A DNA stretch of 64,000 nt from Aigarchaeota archaeon (GCA_025058515.1 JANXDW010000006.1:9050-73049); one strand, 5' to 3'. Positions 27,258 through 37,490 are shown, counted from the first letter of the stretch. A program made the numbers and translations. Notes: a model not told the origin generated them from the sequence alone.

Positions 27258-28265
27258 TTGAAAATCTATATTAATACATATGAATATATACTATATGTGA
27301 GCATGAAAGAGATTAGGAGTATAATGAAGAGTGGTGGATCGCTAGTTATTAGTCTCCCGAAAGAGTGGGTAGAGGTTAGAGGACTTAAACAGGGAGACAA
27401 CGTTGAGCTAGAGATTGCGAAAGAGGCCATTATCATAAGAGCTCTCAGCTTAGAGAAGACAAGAAGAATCATGTATCTAAAATATCATGGAGATATGACC
27501 TACTTGATAAATAGTATTGTCGCTGCGTACTTACTTGGATATAATACGATCATAATAGAGATGCCTAGAACAGTTCAAGACCTCTTTGAGTTAGAGTTCT
27601 TGAAGATCAAAAACAAGTTGATGGGTTTAGAGATATTAGAGTATATTGGTAATAAGCTTACTTTAAAAGTGTTGGTAGACCCATTAGAAGTTCAACCAAT
27701 AGATATAATAAAGAGGATGTGGCAGATCTCTAGAGAATCCATAGAAGACTCTATTACATCTATCTTAGAAGAAGATGTACAGCTTGCAGAAAGAGTAATC
27801 CAGAGAGATGAAGAAGTAGATAAACTATATTTCTATACTGTAAGAATTCTTAGAAGCTGCGCAGACGATCCAACTCTACAGAGCAGGCTGGGACTAACCA
27901 ACATAAACTTACTAGATTTTAGAGTTGCTGCACACCTCCTAGAAGATATCAATGATCGAGCATCAGAGATAGCTTCACTCACAGAAGAAGGTATATTGAA
28001 AGTGCTTGATAAACAGTTTTTAGAAAGACTAAGTATTTCTAAAACCCTCCTTAGGGATAATCACGATGATGTATACAGGATATTCTTTAATCATGAGAGA
28101 GAATTGCTATCAAGTGTTTTGGAGAGAATTGAGAAGATTAAAGTAGAGTTAACTCTAAGCCGATTAACATATAGAGAACTGAGAATATATGAAGGAGTGT
28201 CTATGATATCTCGAATGCAGTATGACTTAGCTGAATTATCCTGGATCCCTATAATAAAAAAGTAA
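27258..28265 (+). CDS. PhoU-domain protein with N-terminal AbrB/SpoVT-type swapped-hairpin DNA-binding domain
   Basis: N-terminal SGGSLVISLPKEWVEVRGLKQGDNVELE (AbrB/MazE-like), then two PhoU-like helical repeats (e.g. DDQLAERVIQRDEEVDKLYF, LEDINDRASEIASL). Confidence 0.6.
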   Translation: MKIYINTYEYILYVSMKEIRSIMKSGGSLVISLPKEWVEVRGLKQGDNVELEIAKEAIIIRALSLEKTRRIMYLKYHGDMTYLINSIVAAYLLGYNTIIIEMPRTVQDLFELEFLKIKNKLMGLEILEYIGNKLTLKVLVDPLEVQPIDIIKRMWQISRESIEDSITSILEEDVQLAERVIQRDEEVDKLYFYTVRILRSCADDPTLQSRLGLTNINLLDFRVAAHLLEDINDRASEIASLTEEGILKVLDKQFLERLSISKTLLRDNHDDVYRIFFNHERELLSSVLERIEKIKVELTLSRLTYRELRIYEGVSMISRMQYDLAELSWIPIIKK

Positions 28266-28713
28266 GATCGATCTGAGATTCATATTTTGCCAATCGTCTT
28301 AGACTCTTTGAACACCCTCTCTTCTCCATCTTAACTTCTCTCCAATAACTACCTCCACTTGCTCCCAGCAGAAAGTATTATTTCTATTCCTATCCATCTC
28401 TCTCATTCCTAGATCTTTCAATACGTTTCTCGGCTCACTGATAATGTTATTGAAGCGAGCAATATAGCAAGAATCACATAACTATACTATGACATTAGTG
28501 TTTATCTTAGGTTTTATCTTTCCTTCAGTTAAGAGTTGATTTATCAAGAGTGAGTGATGAATTACTTCGATATCCAGCCAAAATTCTTTATACTCATAAC
28601 TTCTAACATGCATCATAAAGAGAAATATGAAAGAAATTGTCTATCTTCTATCTAGATTGAGAAACGTGTTCTAATGATTATATCCATCTAGACGTGATAC
28701 TTAACTAGAGATC

Positions 28714-30399
28714 ATGTTGTTTGAAAGACCATGGTTTAAGAATTGGCCTGAAGGTGTTCCCAAGTCTATAGATTATCCTAGGGTTCCTCTTTCTTCTCTC
28801 CTAGAGGAGACTGCTCGAGAATTTCCAGATAGAGATGCTATAATCTTCCTAGGTAAAAAGATCAGTTACAGAGAGTTGAATAGGCTGGTGAATAAATTTG
28901 CAACAGCGCTCTACAACATGGGTATAAGGAAGGGGGATGTAGTAGCATTATACTTACCCAATATGCCTCAGTTTGTAATAGCGTACTATGGAGCTTTAAA
29001 GATAGGTGCAATAGTTACTGGTATAAGTCCTTTATTCGTTGAGAGAGAGCTTGAGTTCCAGCTGTCAGATTCAGAAGCCAAGGCGATAGTATTATTGGAT
29101 GCATTATTTCCAAGATTTGAAAAAGTCTGGAAGAAGACCAAGGTAGAGTTTGTAGTAGTGGCTAGGTTAGCAGAATATATGCCGAGCATAAAGGCTTTCC
29201 TAGGAATTCTCTTAAAGAAGATACCTACGGCCAAGATCTCTCATAGAGAAAACGTATACTTCTTTAAAGAAGTTGTAGAGAAGGCTTCTGAGCAGCCTCC
29301 TAAGATAGACATCAATCCAGAAGAAGATCTAGCAGCTCTACAGTATACTGGTGGAACTACAGGTCTTCCAAAAGGTGCTATGTTAACACATTTCAATCTT
29401 GTCTCAAATGCTATCAGCTGCTCAGCATGGTTAAGAGCGAAAAGAGGTGAAGATGTTAGTTTATCCGTTCTCCCGCTTTTCCACATATACGGCATGACTG
29501 TAGCCATGAACTTCACTATATACGCAGGTGGAACCATAGTACTGCTTCCAAGGTTTGACGTGCGAGAAGTTTTGAAGTCCATAGAAAAGTACAAGGTAAC
29601 ACTTTTCCCCGGAGTGCCAACAATATATGCATTGATAGTTAACCATCCTGAAGCAAAGAAGTACAATCTCAAATCTATAAAGTTCTGCATCTCTGGTGCA
29701 GCACCTCTTCCTCTAGAAGTCCAGAAGAAATTTATGGAGATGACTGGTGCAGTACTGGTCGAGGGATATGGTTTAACCGAGGCGTCTCCTGTAACCCACT
29801 GCAATCCCCTCGACCCAACTATGAAGACTGTAAAGATCGGCTCAATAGGCATTCCTTGGCCTGATACTGATGCAAAGATAGTTGATGTAGAGACTGGGAA
29901 GCGTGAGATGGTAGTAGGAGAGGTTGGAGAACTCATCATCAAGGGGCCACAGATCATGAAAGGCTACTGGAAGAGAATTGAAGAGACTAGGGAGGTTCTA
30001 AGAGATGGATGGTTATACACTGGAGACTTGGGTAAGATGGATGAAGATGGATACTTCTACATCGTAGATAGAAAGAAAGACTTGATAAAGTATAAGGGAT
30101 ACAGTGTCTATCCGAGAGAGCTAGAAGATATATTATATCAGCATCCAGCTGTAAAGCTTGCAGCCGTTATTGGAAAACCCGACCCAGTATCAGGAGAGAT
30201 ACCTAAAGCATTCATAGTACTGAAGGAGGGTGCTACAGCTACTGAAGAAGAGATAATGAAGTTTGTTAATGAGCGTGTCGCACAATACAAAGCAGTTAGA
30301 GAAGTTGAAATTAGAAAAGAATTACCTTTAACTATGGTTGGAAAAGTATTGAAAAAAGTACTTAGAGAGGAAGAGATGAGAAAAGCTCAGAGTAAATAA
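28714..30399 (+). CDS. AMP-forming acyl-CoA synthetase (fatty-acid--CoA ligase)
   Basis: AMP-binding signature LQYTGGTTGLPKGAMLTH; EGYGLTE; YTGDLG; the C-terminal lysine motif PLTMVGKVLKK. 561 aa. Confidence 0.85.
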   Translation: MLFERPWFKNWPEGVPKSIDYPRVPLSSLLEETAREFPDRDAIIFLGKKISYRELNRLVNKFATALYNMGIRKGDVVALYLPNMPQFVIAYYGALKIGAIVTGISPLFVERELEFQLSDSEAKAIVLLDALFPRFEKVWKKTKVEFVVVARLAEYMPSIKAFLGILLKKIPTAKISHRENVYFFKEVVEKASEQPPKIDINPEEDLAALQYTGGTTGLPKGAMLTHFNLVSNAISCSAWLRAKRGEDVSLSVLPLFHIYGMTVAMNFTIYAGGTIVLLPRFDVREVLKSIEKYKVTLFPGVPTIYALIVNHPEAKKYNLKSIKFCISGAAPLPLEVQKKFMEMTGAVLVEGYGLTEASPVTHCNPLDPTMKTVKIGSIGIPWPDTDAKIVDVETGKREMVVGEVGELIIKGPQIMKGYWKRIEETREVLRDGWLYTGDLGKMDEDGYFYIVDRKKDLIKYKGYSVYPRELEDILYQHPAVKLAAVIGKPDPVSGEIPKAFIVLKEGATATEEEIMKFVNERVAQYKAVREVEIRKELPLTMVGKVLKKVLREEEMRKAQSK

Positions 30400-30661
30400 T
30401 AATATTAGAAGGTTTCTCGGATCAGTTTTAACTCTGACGAGATATGAAACTCTATTCTATTTGAGAGAAGCTCTTACCATGAACTATAGGGCCAACCCTA
30501 ATAAACTTCTTCAGATGACCTTCCACCAATCCTCCAACCAGCTGATTACCAATATGACCACACAAAGAATATTCTCAACTTAATTGATTCATTCTAAAAT
30601 TTATGTAATTCATGTAAATTTTAATAAAGTCTATTGATTTGTATCTCTCAAAGACTAGACC

Positions 30662-31450
30662 ATGGATATAATTGTCTGTGTTAAGCATGTTCCTGAGGTA
30701 GCTGAAGTTGATCTAAGAATAGATGAGAGTGGTAGAGATATTGAGAAGACGGGTCTCGTCTTCGATATTAATGAGTGGGATGATTACGCTGTTGAAGAAG
30801 CTATAAGGATTAAAGAAGAGTATGGTGGATCTGTGACGGTGGTAACAGTTGGAAGCGAGGATTCTGATAGAACTTTAAGAAGATGTTTAGCAAAAGGTGC
30901 TGATAGAGCAATCAGAGTAACAGACAGGAGAATAGTAGCTTCCGATCCTTTCATAGTTGCTAAAGTACTCTCAAAGGTGATTAAGAAGATGACCTTCGAC
31001 CTCGTGCTAACTGGTGCTCAGTCAAGCGATTATGGATATGCTTTTGTCGGCCCGGCTCTCTCTAGCCTACTTGGGATACCGCATACAACATTAGTTAAGA
31101 AGATCGTGATAAAAGATGGTCGTGTAGTTGTTAATAGAGAGCTTGAGGGAGGATTAGAAGAAGTAGTTGAGATAAAGCTTCCAGCGGTCTTAACGATCCA
31201 GACTGGGATAAATGAGCCGAGATACGTCTCTATCATGGGGATAAAGAAAGCTATGAAGAAAGAGTTAAGGGTTTTGACTTTAGATGATCTAGGGTTAAGC
31301 GTAGATGAAGTCGGTGTTGAAAGTTCGTGGATACAGATAGAGGAGATGTATATTCCATCTATCGAGAGGAGGGTTGAACTCATAAGAGGTAGCCCAGAAG
31401 AAGTAGCTTCCAAGATCGTAGAGATAATCAAGGGTAGGGGGCTGCTCTAG
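30662..31450 (+). CDS. etfB: Electron transfer flavoprotein beta subunit
   Basis: MDIIVCVKHVPEVAEVDL... and DLVLTGAQSSDYGYAFVGPALSSLLGIP are typical EtfB. Confidence 0.85.
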   Translation: MDIIVCVKHVPEVAEVDLRIDESGRDIEKTGLVFDINEWDDYAVEEAIRIKEEYGGSVTVVTVGSEDSDRTLRRCLAKGADRAIRVTDRRIVASDPFIVAKVLSKVIKKMTFDLVLTGAQSSDYGYAFVGPALSSLLGIPHTTLVKKIVIKDGRVVVNRELEGGLEEVVEIKLPAVLTIQTGINEPRYVSIMGIKKAMKKELRVLTLDDLGLSVDEVGVESSWIQIEEMYIPSIERRVELIRGSPEEVASKIVEIIKGRGLL

Positions 31451-32431
31451 TTGAGAGAGATTCTAGTTCTCGCAGAGCATAGGAGAGGAGAGATCAGAGA
31501 GATAACCTTCGAGATGCTTACGAAGGGTAGAGATATTGCTGAGAAGACAAAATCTGAGCTAGCTTCTATAATCTTGGGAAAGAATATTAAAGATAAAGCA
31601 GAGGTTCTTTCAAGATACTCAGATAAAGTATTAGTGGTCGAGGATGATAGGTTAGAGCTATTCAATTCTGATATCTATCAAGAAGCTCTCTCACACATTA
31701 TAATAGAGAGGAAGCCTTTGATTATCATGATCGGTCATACATCTTACGGGGTTGAGCTAGCTCCAAGCTTAGCGGTCTCTTTAAGCACCCCCCTCGTAAC
31801 AGATTGTTTAGACTTGTTTTTTGAAAACGGTCATCTAACTGCAATACGTCAAATGTATGGAGGAAAGACTTACGCTAAGATAAAAGTTAAGAAGGCTGAT
31901 AGCTACATGGTGACGTTTCGTCAAGGTGTAACCCAGCCGGTTGAAAGAAATTTTAAAGGTGAAATAGTTGAGATACCTTCACCAATATTGAAAGAACCGA
32001 TAAAGAAGAAAGTTTTAGATTATGTTCTACCATCTGTAGGAGAAGTAGATATCTCTTCTGCCGATATATTGGTCTCACTGGGTAGAGGTATCAAAGATCG
32101 GTCAAATATATCTCTAGGTGAAGAATTGGCAAAGGTTCTCGGAGGAGTTCTAGCATGTTCAAGACCTATAGTTGATAAAGGTTGGCTTCCCCGAGATAGG
32201 CAGGTAGGTGCTTCAGGGAAGACCGTTAAGCCTAAACTTTATCTCGCCCTCGGTATAAGTGGTGCATTTCAACACATTGTAGGTATGAAGGATTCTCAAT
32301 TGATAATATCGGTCAACAAAGACCCTAATGCACCTATATTCAACATATCCCACTACGGAGTAGTAGACGACCTATTCAAGATAGTTCCAGCATTAATCAA
32401 TAAGATAAAAGAAGTAAAAAAGATAAAATAA
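31451..32431 (+). CDS. etfA: Electron transfer flavoprotein alpha subunit
   Basis: TTG start abutting the etfB stop. C-terminal FAD-binding region DRQVGASGKTVKPKLYLALGISGAFQHIVGMKDSQLIISVNKDPNAPIF. Confidence 0.85.
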   Translation: MREILVLAEHRRGEIREITFEMLTKGRDIAEKTKSELASIILGKNIKDKAEVLSRYSDKVLVVEDDRLELFNSDIYQEALSHIIIERKPLIIMIGHTSYGVELAPSLAVSLSTPLVTDCLDLFFENGHLTAIRQMYGGKTYAKIKVKKADSYMVTFRQGVTQPVERNFKGEIVEIPSPILKEPIKKKVLDYVLPSVGEVDISSADILVSLGRGIKDRSNISLGEELAKVLGGVLACSRPIVDKGWLPRDRQVGASGKTVKPKLYLALGISGAFQHIVGMKDSQLIISVNKDPNAPIFNISHYGVVDDLFKIVPALINKIKEVKKIK

Positions 32432-32773
32432 ACATACGTTGGAGAAGTTCTTTTAAGAATTTTTAATCTTTAATGTTCTAGATGAAGGTTTATCTTGAAA
32501 CCTATCTAGAGGACGCTTTTAAAGCTTATCTAGATCCATAAGTAGCGAGATAATATCGTCATCCATTATTCATTATTTTTCAGATAAACGAAATTCTTAA
32601 ATGCGATCTTTATTTCTCTATCACCGTGGATGAGATTAACTTTTACTATGGTCTTGAAAAGTATCTTAGAATTCATATTAAAGATAAATATCTTGGAGAA
32701 AAGCTTCATGAAAATACTAGTTGAAGTTGGAGGGTATCTGTAGAGTGGTAATTTAGAGGTTAGGTATAGCAAC

Positions 32774-33727
32774 ATGAGGCTTGTAACTTATGATGAATAT
32801 TTGGAGTTCATAAGGTCACATAAGTACGTCATCATAGAAGGTGAGTACATCCCGATCGGTCAACCTCAGAGGATAAGTGAATACCAGCCAAGAAATTTTG
32901 TTTTAGAGTTTGGTTCTGTCTGGTCTTTTCCAGAGAGAGGAGACTGGGCAACACATAGAGGAGATTACCGAGGAAACTGGGCACCCCAAATTCCTAGAAA
33001 TCTAATAATCCGCTATACTCGACCAGGAGAAACTGTTCTAGATCAAATGTGTGGAAGTGGAACAACTCTCGTTGAAGCGAAGTTGCTTGGACGGAATGCG
33101 ATCGGTGTTGACATCAACTATGAGGCAGTAATCCTTACCCTAGATAGACTTAACTTCAAGTACAATCCACTTAATAATGAGTACAGAGAACCGAACATAC
33201 TAGTTTATCATGGTGATGCGAGAAGACTAGAATTAATCAAAGATGAAACTATAGATCTTATCGCAACCCATCCGCCATATGCGAACATAATCCCCTACTC
33301 TAAGAAGAAGACTGAAGGAGATCTTTCTCGTGTCTACAATCTTGAAGAATACTTAGAAGGGATGAGAGAAGTCGCTAAAGAAAGCTATAGAGTTCTTAAG
33401 CCTGGGAAGTACTGCGCTATACTAATAGGAGATACTCGGAAGCATAGGCATTATGTTCCGATAGCTTTTAGAGTTATGCAAGTGTTCTTAGATGCGGGGT
33501 TCGTCTTAAAAGAAGATGTGATAAAAGTACAATGGAATGTGAAGTCTACTCGTCGAAAGTGGGAGGGGTTAGCGAGAACTGCTGAGCAATACTGGGGAGA
33601 GAAACCAGAAGGAAAACGATACTGGACAAACTTTCTCTTAATCTTACATGAACATCTATTCATATTTCGTAAACCACGAACCGATGAAGACCTAAAGAAA
33701 ATAAGATACAGTTCAAAGTGGTATTAA
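32774..33727 (+). CDS. Solitary N6-adenine/N4-cytosine-type DNA methyltransferase, with the SAM motif before the catalytic HPPY motif
   Basis: WATHRGDY...PQIPRNLIIRYTRPGETVLDQMCGSGTTLVEAKLLGRNAIGVDIN is equivalent to the H..KP..L..VLDPF.GSGTT...GR..IGiE block of N4/N6 methylases. It is followed by DLIATHPPYANI ([DNSH]PPY catalytic motif). No adjacent nuclease ORF. Confidence 0.65.
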   Translation: MRLVTYDEYLEFIRSHKYVIIEGEYIPIGQPQRISEYQPRNFVLEFGSVWSFPERGDWATHRGDYRGNWAPQIPRNLIIRYTRPGETVLDQMCGSGTTLVEAKLLGRNAIGVDINYEAVILTLDRLNFKYNPLNNEYREPNILVYHGDARRLELIKDETIDLIATHPPYANIIPYSKKKTEGDLSRVYNLEEYLEGMREVAKESYRVLKPGKYCAILIGDTRKHRHYVPIAFRVMQVFLDAGFVLKEDVIKVQWNVKSTRRKWEGLARTAEQYWGEKPEGKRYWTNFLLILHEHLFIFRKPRTDEDLKKIRYSSKWY

Positions 33728-33888
33728 CACATTACCTCATACTAAGAAGAAATTATCCAAGGATATCTGTCCAATTAAAATAATCAAGGTTAAAACATTT
33801 AGCTTATCCTCTCCCTTGCCTCTCTTAAGAGTACACAGAATAATTGGATTATCGACTATAAGACAGGATACATAAAAAAGATGATCGG

Positions 33889-35079
33889 CTAGTAATTGTA
33901 GAATCCTCTCCCCACTATTCTTCCAATCCACTTTCTATCTACATACTCTTTCAGCAAGGGGCAGGGATTATACATCTCCATTCTATGCTTCTCGTATAGT
34001 TTGATGAGATTGTTTAAGATGATGTCTAATCCTTTTCTATCTGCGTATTCACATGGTCCTTGAGGCCATCCAGCCCCCAGCTTCATTCCAGTATCTATAT
34101 CATGTGGCTCTGCTACGTTCTCATATACTAGCCATGCCGCCTCGTTTACAGCAACCATCCAAGACCTCTCAACATCGTATTCATCTGATAATTCAAATGG
34201 TATTCTAGGTCTACCCTTCATCCAATCATAGAATCCTAAACCAGTCTTTTGACCAAGCTTCTTCTGGTTTACAAGCGGCTCTATCACTTCTAGACAAGGC
34301 TTGAACCTCTCTCCATAAGCTTCGTAGAGAACTCTTCCTACCTCATAAACTATGTCTAATCCTACGTAGTCAGATAGCTCAAACCATCCCATAGGGAACC
34401 CTCCAGCATACTTTACAGATGAATCTATTCCTTCTTTACTTGCTTCTCCTCTATAGTATGTCCAGTAGGCTTCATTGAATACTGCACCTAAGATCCTATT
34501 GACTATGAATCCTCTTACATCTTTCTTGCAGACGATAGGGGTCTTACCGAGGAACCTGCTCAACTCAACGATCTTACTTAGTGTTTCATCACTTGTATCC
34601 TCGCCTTTAACTACTTCTATCAACTGCATTATCTGAGGTGGATTAAACCAGTGCATTCCAATAACCTTATCAGGTCTACTTGTAGCTCTACCCATCTCAG
34701 TAATGCTTAGAGTAGATGTATTGGAGGCTAGTATCGTATGCGGTTTAGATAATCTATCAACAGTTGAGAAGATCTTCTTCTTAAGCTCTAGATTCTCTGG
34801 AGCAGCTTCTATAACTAGATCTACATCTCTAACAGCCTCCTCATAAGAGGTCGTAGCTTTTATTCTCGCTAAAGCTGCTTCCGCATCTTCTCTTCCAATC
34901 CTCTTCTTCTCTACAAACTTACTCAAACTCCACTCAATATTCTGTAAAGCTTTTTTCAATATCTCATCACTTACGTCTACGATGTTCACTCTATATCCTT
35001 TCATAGAGAAGACTTGAGCTATTCCATGACCCATGGCCCCCGCTCCTATGACTGCGATACTCCTTATCTCTACATTCAA
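33889..35079 (-). CDS. 3-Hydroxyacyl-CoA dehydrogenase
   Basis: Rossmann IAVIGAGAMGHGIAQV; a C-terminal 6PGD-like dimerisation domain. 396 aa. Confidence 0.85.
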   Translation of the reverse strand: MNVEIRSIAVIGAGAMGHGIAQVFSMKGYRVNIVDVSDEILKKALQNIEWSLSKFVEKKRIGREDAEAALARIKATTSYEEAVRDVDLVIEAAPENLELKKKIFSTVDRLSKPHTILASNTSTLSITEMGRATSRPDKVIGMHWFNPPQIMQLIEVVKGEDTSDETLSKIVELSRFLGKTPIVCKKDVRGFIVNRILGAVFNEAYWTYYRGEASKEGIDSSVKYAGGFPMGWFELSDYVGLDIVYEVGRVLYEAYGERFKPCLEVIEPLVNQKKLGQKTGLGFYDWMKGRPRIPFELSDEYDVERSWMVAVNEAAWLVYENVAEPHDIDTGMKLGAGWPQGPCEYADRKGLDIILNNLIKLYEKHRMEMYNPCPLLKEYVDRKWIGRIVGRGFYNY

Positions 35080-35097
35080 GAATAGTGCTCACCTCAA

Positions 35098-35526
35098 CTA
35101 AAGAGGCTTAAACTCATATGTAACTCTTCCATCTCCAGTTATCTTGGGAGCCAGCTTTACCTTCATCCCGATCTTTATATCTTTTCTCTTAACGCCCGTC
35201 AACCATGCTAGAGCTTTTACACCTTCTCTTAGCTCTGCTATTGCGATAGTGTAAGGTTGCTCATTCAAGAAGCTCGTAGGTCTAACGACTATATGTGTAA
35301 ATGTTATCAATTCTCCTTCACCGCTCAGCTCAACCCAATCCATCTCAGAAGAATAACATTCTCCACAATCTGCAACTGGTGGAAAGTAAAGTTTACTACA
35401 CTTCTTACATCTGGTCCCATAGATCTTTCCTTCTCTTAACCCATCCCAGAACTTCTTCGTCTTGCTAATCGGAATATTGTATTCTATCTCTAGCTTTCTT
35501 GAACGGATAGTTGGGAGCTGGCTCAT
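35098..35526 (-). CDS. DUF35-type OB-fold/Zn-ribbon protein (thiolase partner subunit)
   Basis: CKKCSKLYFPPVADCGEC rubredoxin-like ribbon followed by an OB fold. 142 aa. Immediately downstream of the thiolase, as in archaeal SCP-x-type thiolase/DUF35 pairs. Confidence 0.75.
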   Translation of the reverse strand: MSQLPTIRSRKLEIEYNIPISKTKKFWDGLREGKIYGTRCKKCSKLYFPPVADCGECYSSEMDWVELSGEGELITFTHIVVRPTSFLNEQPYTIAIAELREGVKALAWLTGVKRKDIKIGMKVKLAPKITGDGRVTYEFKPL

Positions 35527-35532
35527 AGAAGA

Positions 35533-36699
35533 TCACCTTTTAAGGATTGTAATAAATGCGTAGTGACCTGTACCCCCTATGTTGTGAGCTAGACCTACAT
35601 AATTCTTCATCGGGGCTTGGCGAGATCTCGGCTTGACTTCTTCACGTAGTTGCTTAGTCAACTCTACGATCATCGAGACCCCTGTAGCTCCTATAGGGTG
35701 ACCTTTGGCCTTCAGCCCCCCATCTATGTTTACCGGCTTCTCTCCACCTATCTCGGTCTGACCTTCTCTAACCATCTTGTATCCTTCACCTCTACTGCAG
35801 AATCCTAAGTCTTCATAAGCTAGTAGCTCAGCGATAGTGAAGCAGTCATGAACTTCTGCAACATCAACGTCTTTCACCTCGACCCCCGCCATCTTGTAAG
35901 CTATTCTAGAAGCTTTAACAGCTGCATCTAATCCTATAAAATCGTTTCTATAAGATAGTGTGCCAGTTCCAGAAGATGATGCTATTCCGCCTATCCAGAC
36001 AGGTGTATCTATCTTCAATTCTTTAACTTTGTCTTCTGAAGCCAATACTACAGCAGCGCTTCCATCTGTGATAGGAGAGCAATCGTATAATTTCAGAGGC
36101 CATGCGATGACATGTGAAGATAAAACATCTTCAACAGTTATCTCTTTCTGGAATTGAGCAAGAGGGTTCATGGCCCCATATCTATGATTCTTTACAGCTA
36201 CTAGTGCTAGATCTTCTTCAGTCGCTCCATATCTATTCATGTATGCTGTAGCGTAGAGTGCATAGTATCCTGGAAATGTTAACCCGAAGTTCTCGAACTC
36301 CCATAGATATGATCCAGCTCTACCCATAAGCTCTATAGCAGTAGAGGTATCGACCTCTCTCATCTTCTCTACGCCTATAGCTAGAGCTAGATCTACGTAT
36401 CCACTCGAGACCGCAGTATATGCTGAAAAAATAGCTGCACTACCTGTTGCACATGCAGCTTCAACTCTCATCAACCCCTTCCCAGTCAATCCACAGTATT
36501 CAGCTACTGCAACTGCTGGAAGAGGTTCTTCATACCATATCCCGATAGATCCTAGAGATACGTAAGAGATATCTCTCGATGTTATTCCAGCTTCTTCTAG
36601 AGCTGGTTTAATAGATTCGAATGCAAGCTCTCTTACATTAACATCTTGTCTATCTCCAAACTTGCTGTGACCTACTCCTATTACCGCAACCTTCCTCGT
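35533..36699 (-). CDS. Thiolase (acetyl-CoA C-acyltransferase, SCP2-type). The conserved N-terminus extends 70 codons upstream of the TTG start in the ORF track, with an apparent ACG initiation codon.
   Basis: In-frame translation upstream of the called TTG gives ...TRKVAVIGVGHSKFGDRQDVNVRELAFESIKPALEEAGI... (thiolase N-terminal motif). Active-site CATGSAAI and the C-terminal GHPIGATG are present. The frame is closed by a TGA overlapping the hydratase stop. Confidence 0.75.
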   Translation of the reverse strand, partial: TRKVAVIGVGHSKFGDRQDVNVRELAFESIKPALEEAGITSRDISYVSLGSIGIWYEEPLPAVAVAEYCGLTGKGLMRVEAACATGSAAIFSAYTAVSSGYVDLALAIGVEKMREVDTSTAIELMGRAGSYLWEFENFGLTFPGYYALYATAYMNRYGATEEDLALVAVKNHRYGAMNPLAQFQKEITVEDVLSSHVIAWPLKLYDCSPITDGSAAVVLASEDKVKELKIDTPVWIGGIASSSGTGTLSYRNDFIGLDAAVKASRIAYKMAGVEVKDVDVAEVHDCFTIAELLAYEDLGFCSRGEGYKMVREGQTEIGGEKPVNIDGGLKAKGHPIGATGVSMIVELTKQLREEVKPRSRQAPMKNYVGLAHNIGGTGHYAFITILKR

Positions 36700-36701
36700 C
36701 T

Positions 36702-37490
36702 CTAATCACCTTTAAACTGAGGCTTAGATTTTGACATGAACGCCTCTATACCTCTCTTAACATCATTTGTAGAGAATAGTAGGGCCATGAGTGCTGATTC
36801 AAGTCTTAGACCTACTTCAAGCGGTACTTGGCTGCCGAAGTTCAACGCATACTTTGCATACTTTAAAGCTATTGGAGGTCCTTCTGAGAGCTTTTGAGCA
36901 AGAGCTTTTACTTCATCTCTAAGCCTTTCGAATGGTACGACTTTATCTACTAACCCAAGTTGGAGAGCTTCATCTGCTTTCAATCTCTCACCTAGCATGA
37001 TAAGCCTCTTAGCATTTCTCAAACCGATGATTCTTACAAGCTTCTGGGTTCCACCCCATCCAGGTATTATTCCAAGATTTATCTCAGGGTTTCCGAGCTC
37101 AGCATGCTCTGAAGCAATCCTAAAATCGCATGCTAGAGCTAGCTCTAACCCTCCTCCTAGAGTATAACCATTCAAGGCCGCTATCACGGGCTTAGACATC
37201 TCTTCTATCATGGAGAAGACCTTCTGACCTTTTCTCGATAATTCTTCAGCCCTAGTTGGAGTAATTTTTGGAAATGCAGTTATATCTGCACCTGCGCTAA
37301 ACGCTCTGTCTCCTTCACCTATAATTACCACGCATCTTACACCTGGATCGTTCTCAACTGTAGTCAAAGCATCGAGCAGCTCCTCCATCATAACATCGTT
37401 TAAAGCATTCAACCTATGAGGTCTATTCAAAGTTATCCAAGCTATACGTTCCTCTCTCTCAACCTTAATCGTCTCATAAGATTTAGACAT
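36702..37490 (-). CDS. Enoyl-CoA hydratase (crotonase family)
   Basis: ITLNRPHRLNAL, AFSAGADI, and the oxyanion region ALNGYTLGGGLELALACD. 262 aa. Confidence 0.85.
   Translation of the reverse strand: MSKSYETIKVEREERIAWITLNRPHRLNALNDVMMEELLDALTTVENDPGVRCVVIIGEGDRAFSAGADITAFPKITPTRAEELSRKGQKVFSMIEEMSKPVIAALNGYTLGGGLELALACDFRIASEHAELGNPEINLGIIPGWGGTQKLVRIIGLRNAKRLIMLGERLKADEALQLGLVDKVVPFERLRDEVKALAQKLSEGPPIALKYAKYALNFGSQVPLEVGLRLESALMALLFSTNDVKRGIEAFMSKSKPQFKGD

Noticed and set aside
28266-28713. A 450-bp noncoding stretch upstream of the acyl-CoA synthetase as a possible ncRNA or pseudogene
   Set aside because: No conserved structural motif, repeat or decayed ORF homology is recognisable by eye. 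It is most parsimoniously a promoter or leader region for the fatty-acid degradation genes.
36697-36710. Hydratase-thiolase read-through or frameshift fusion
   Set aside because: The thiolase frame differs from the hydratase frame. A stop (TGA) closes it 2 codons before the conserved N-terminus, and a GGTGA Shine-Dalgarno sits in front of the ACG codon. Independent initiation is therefore more plausible than fusion.
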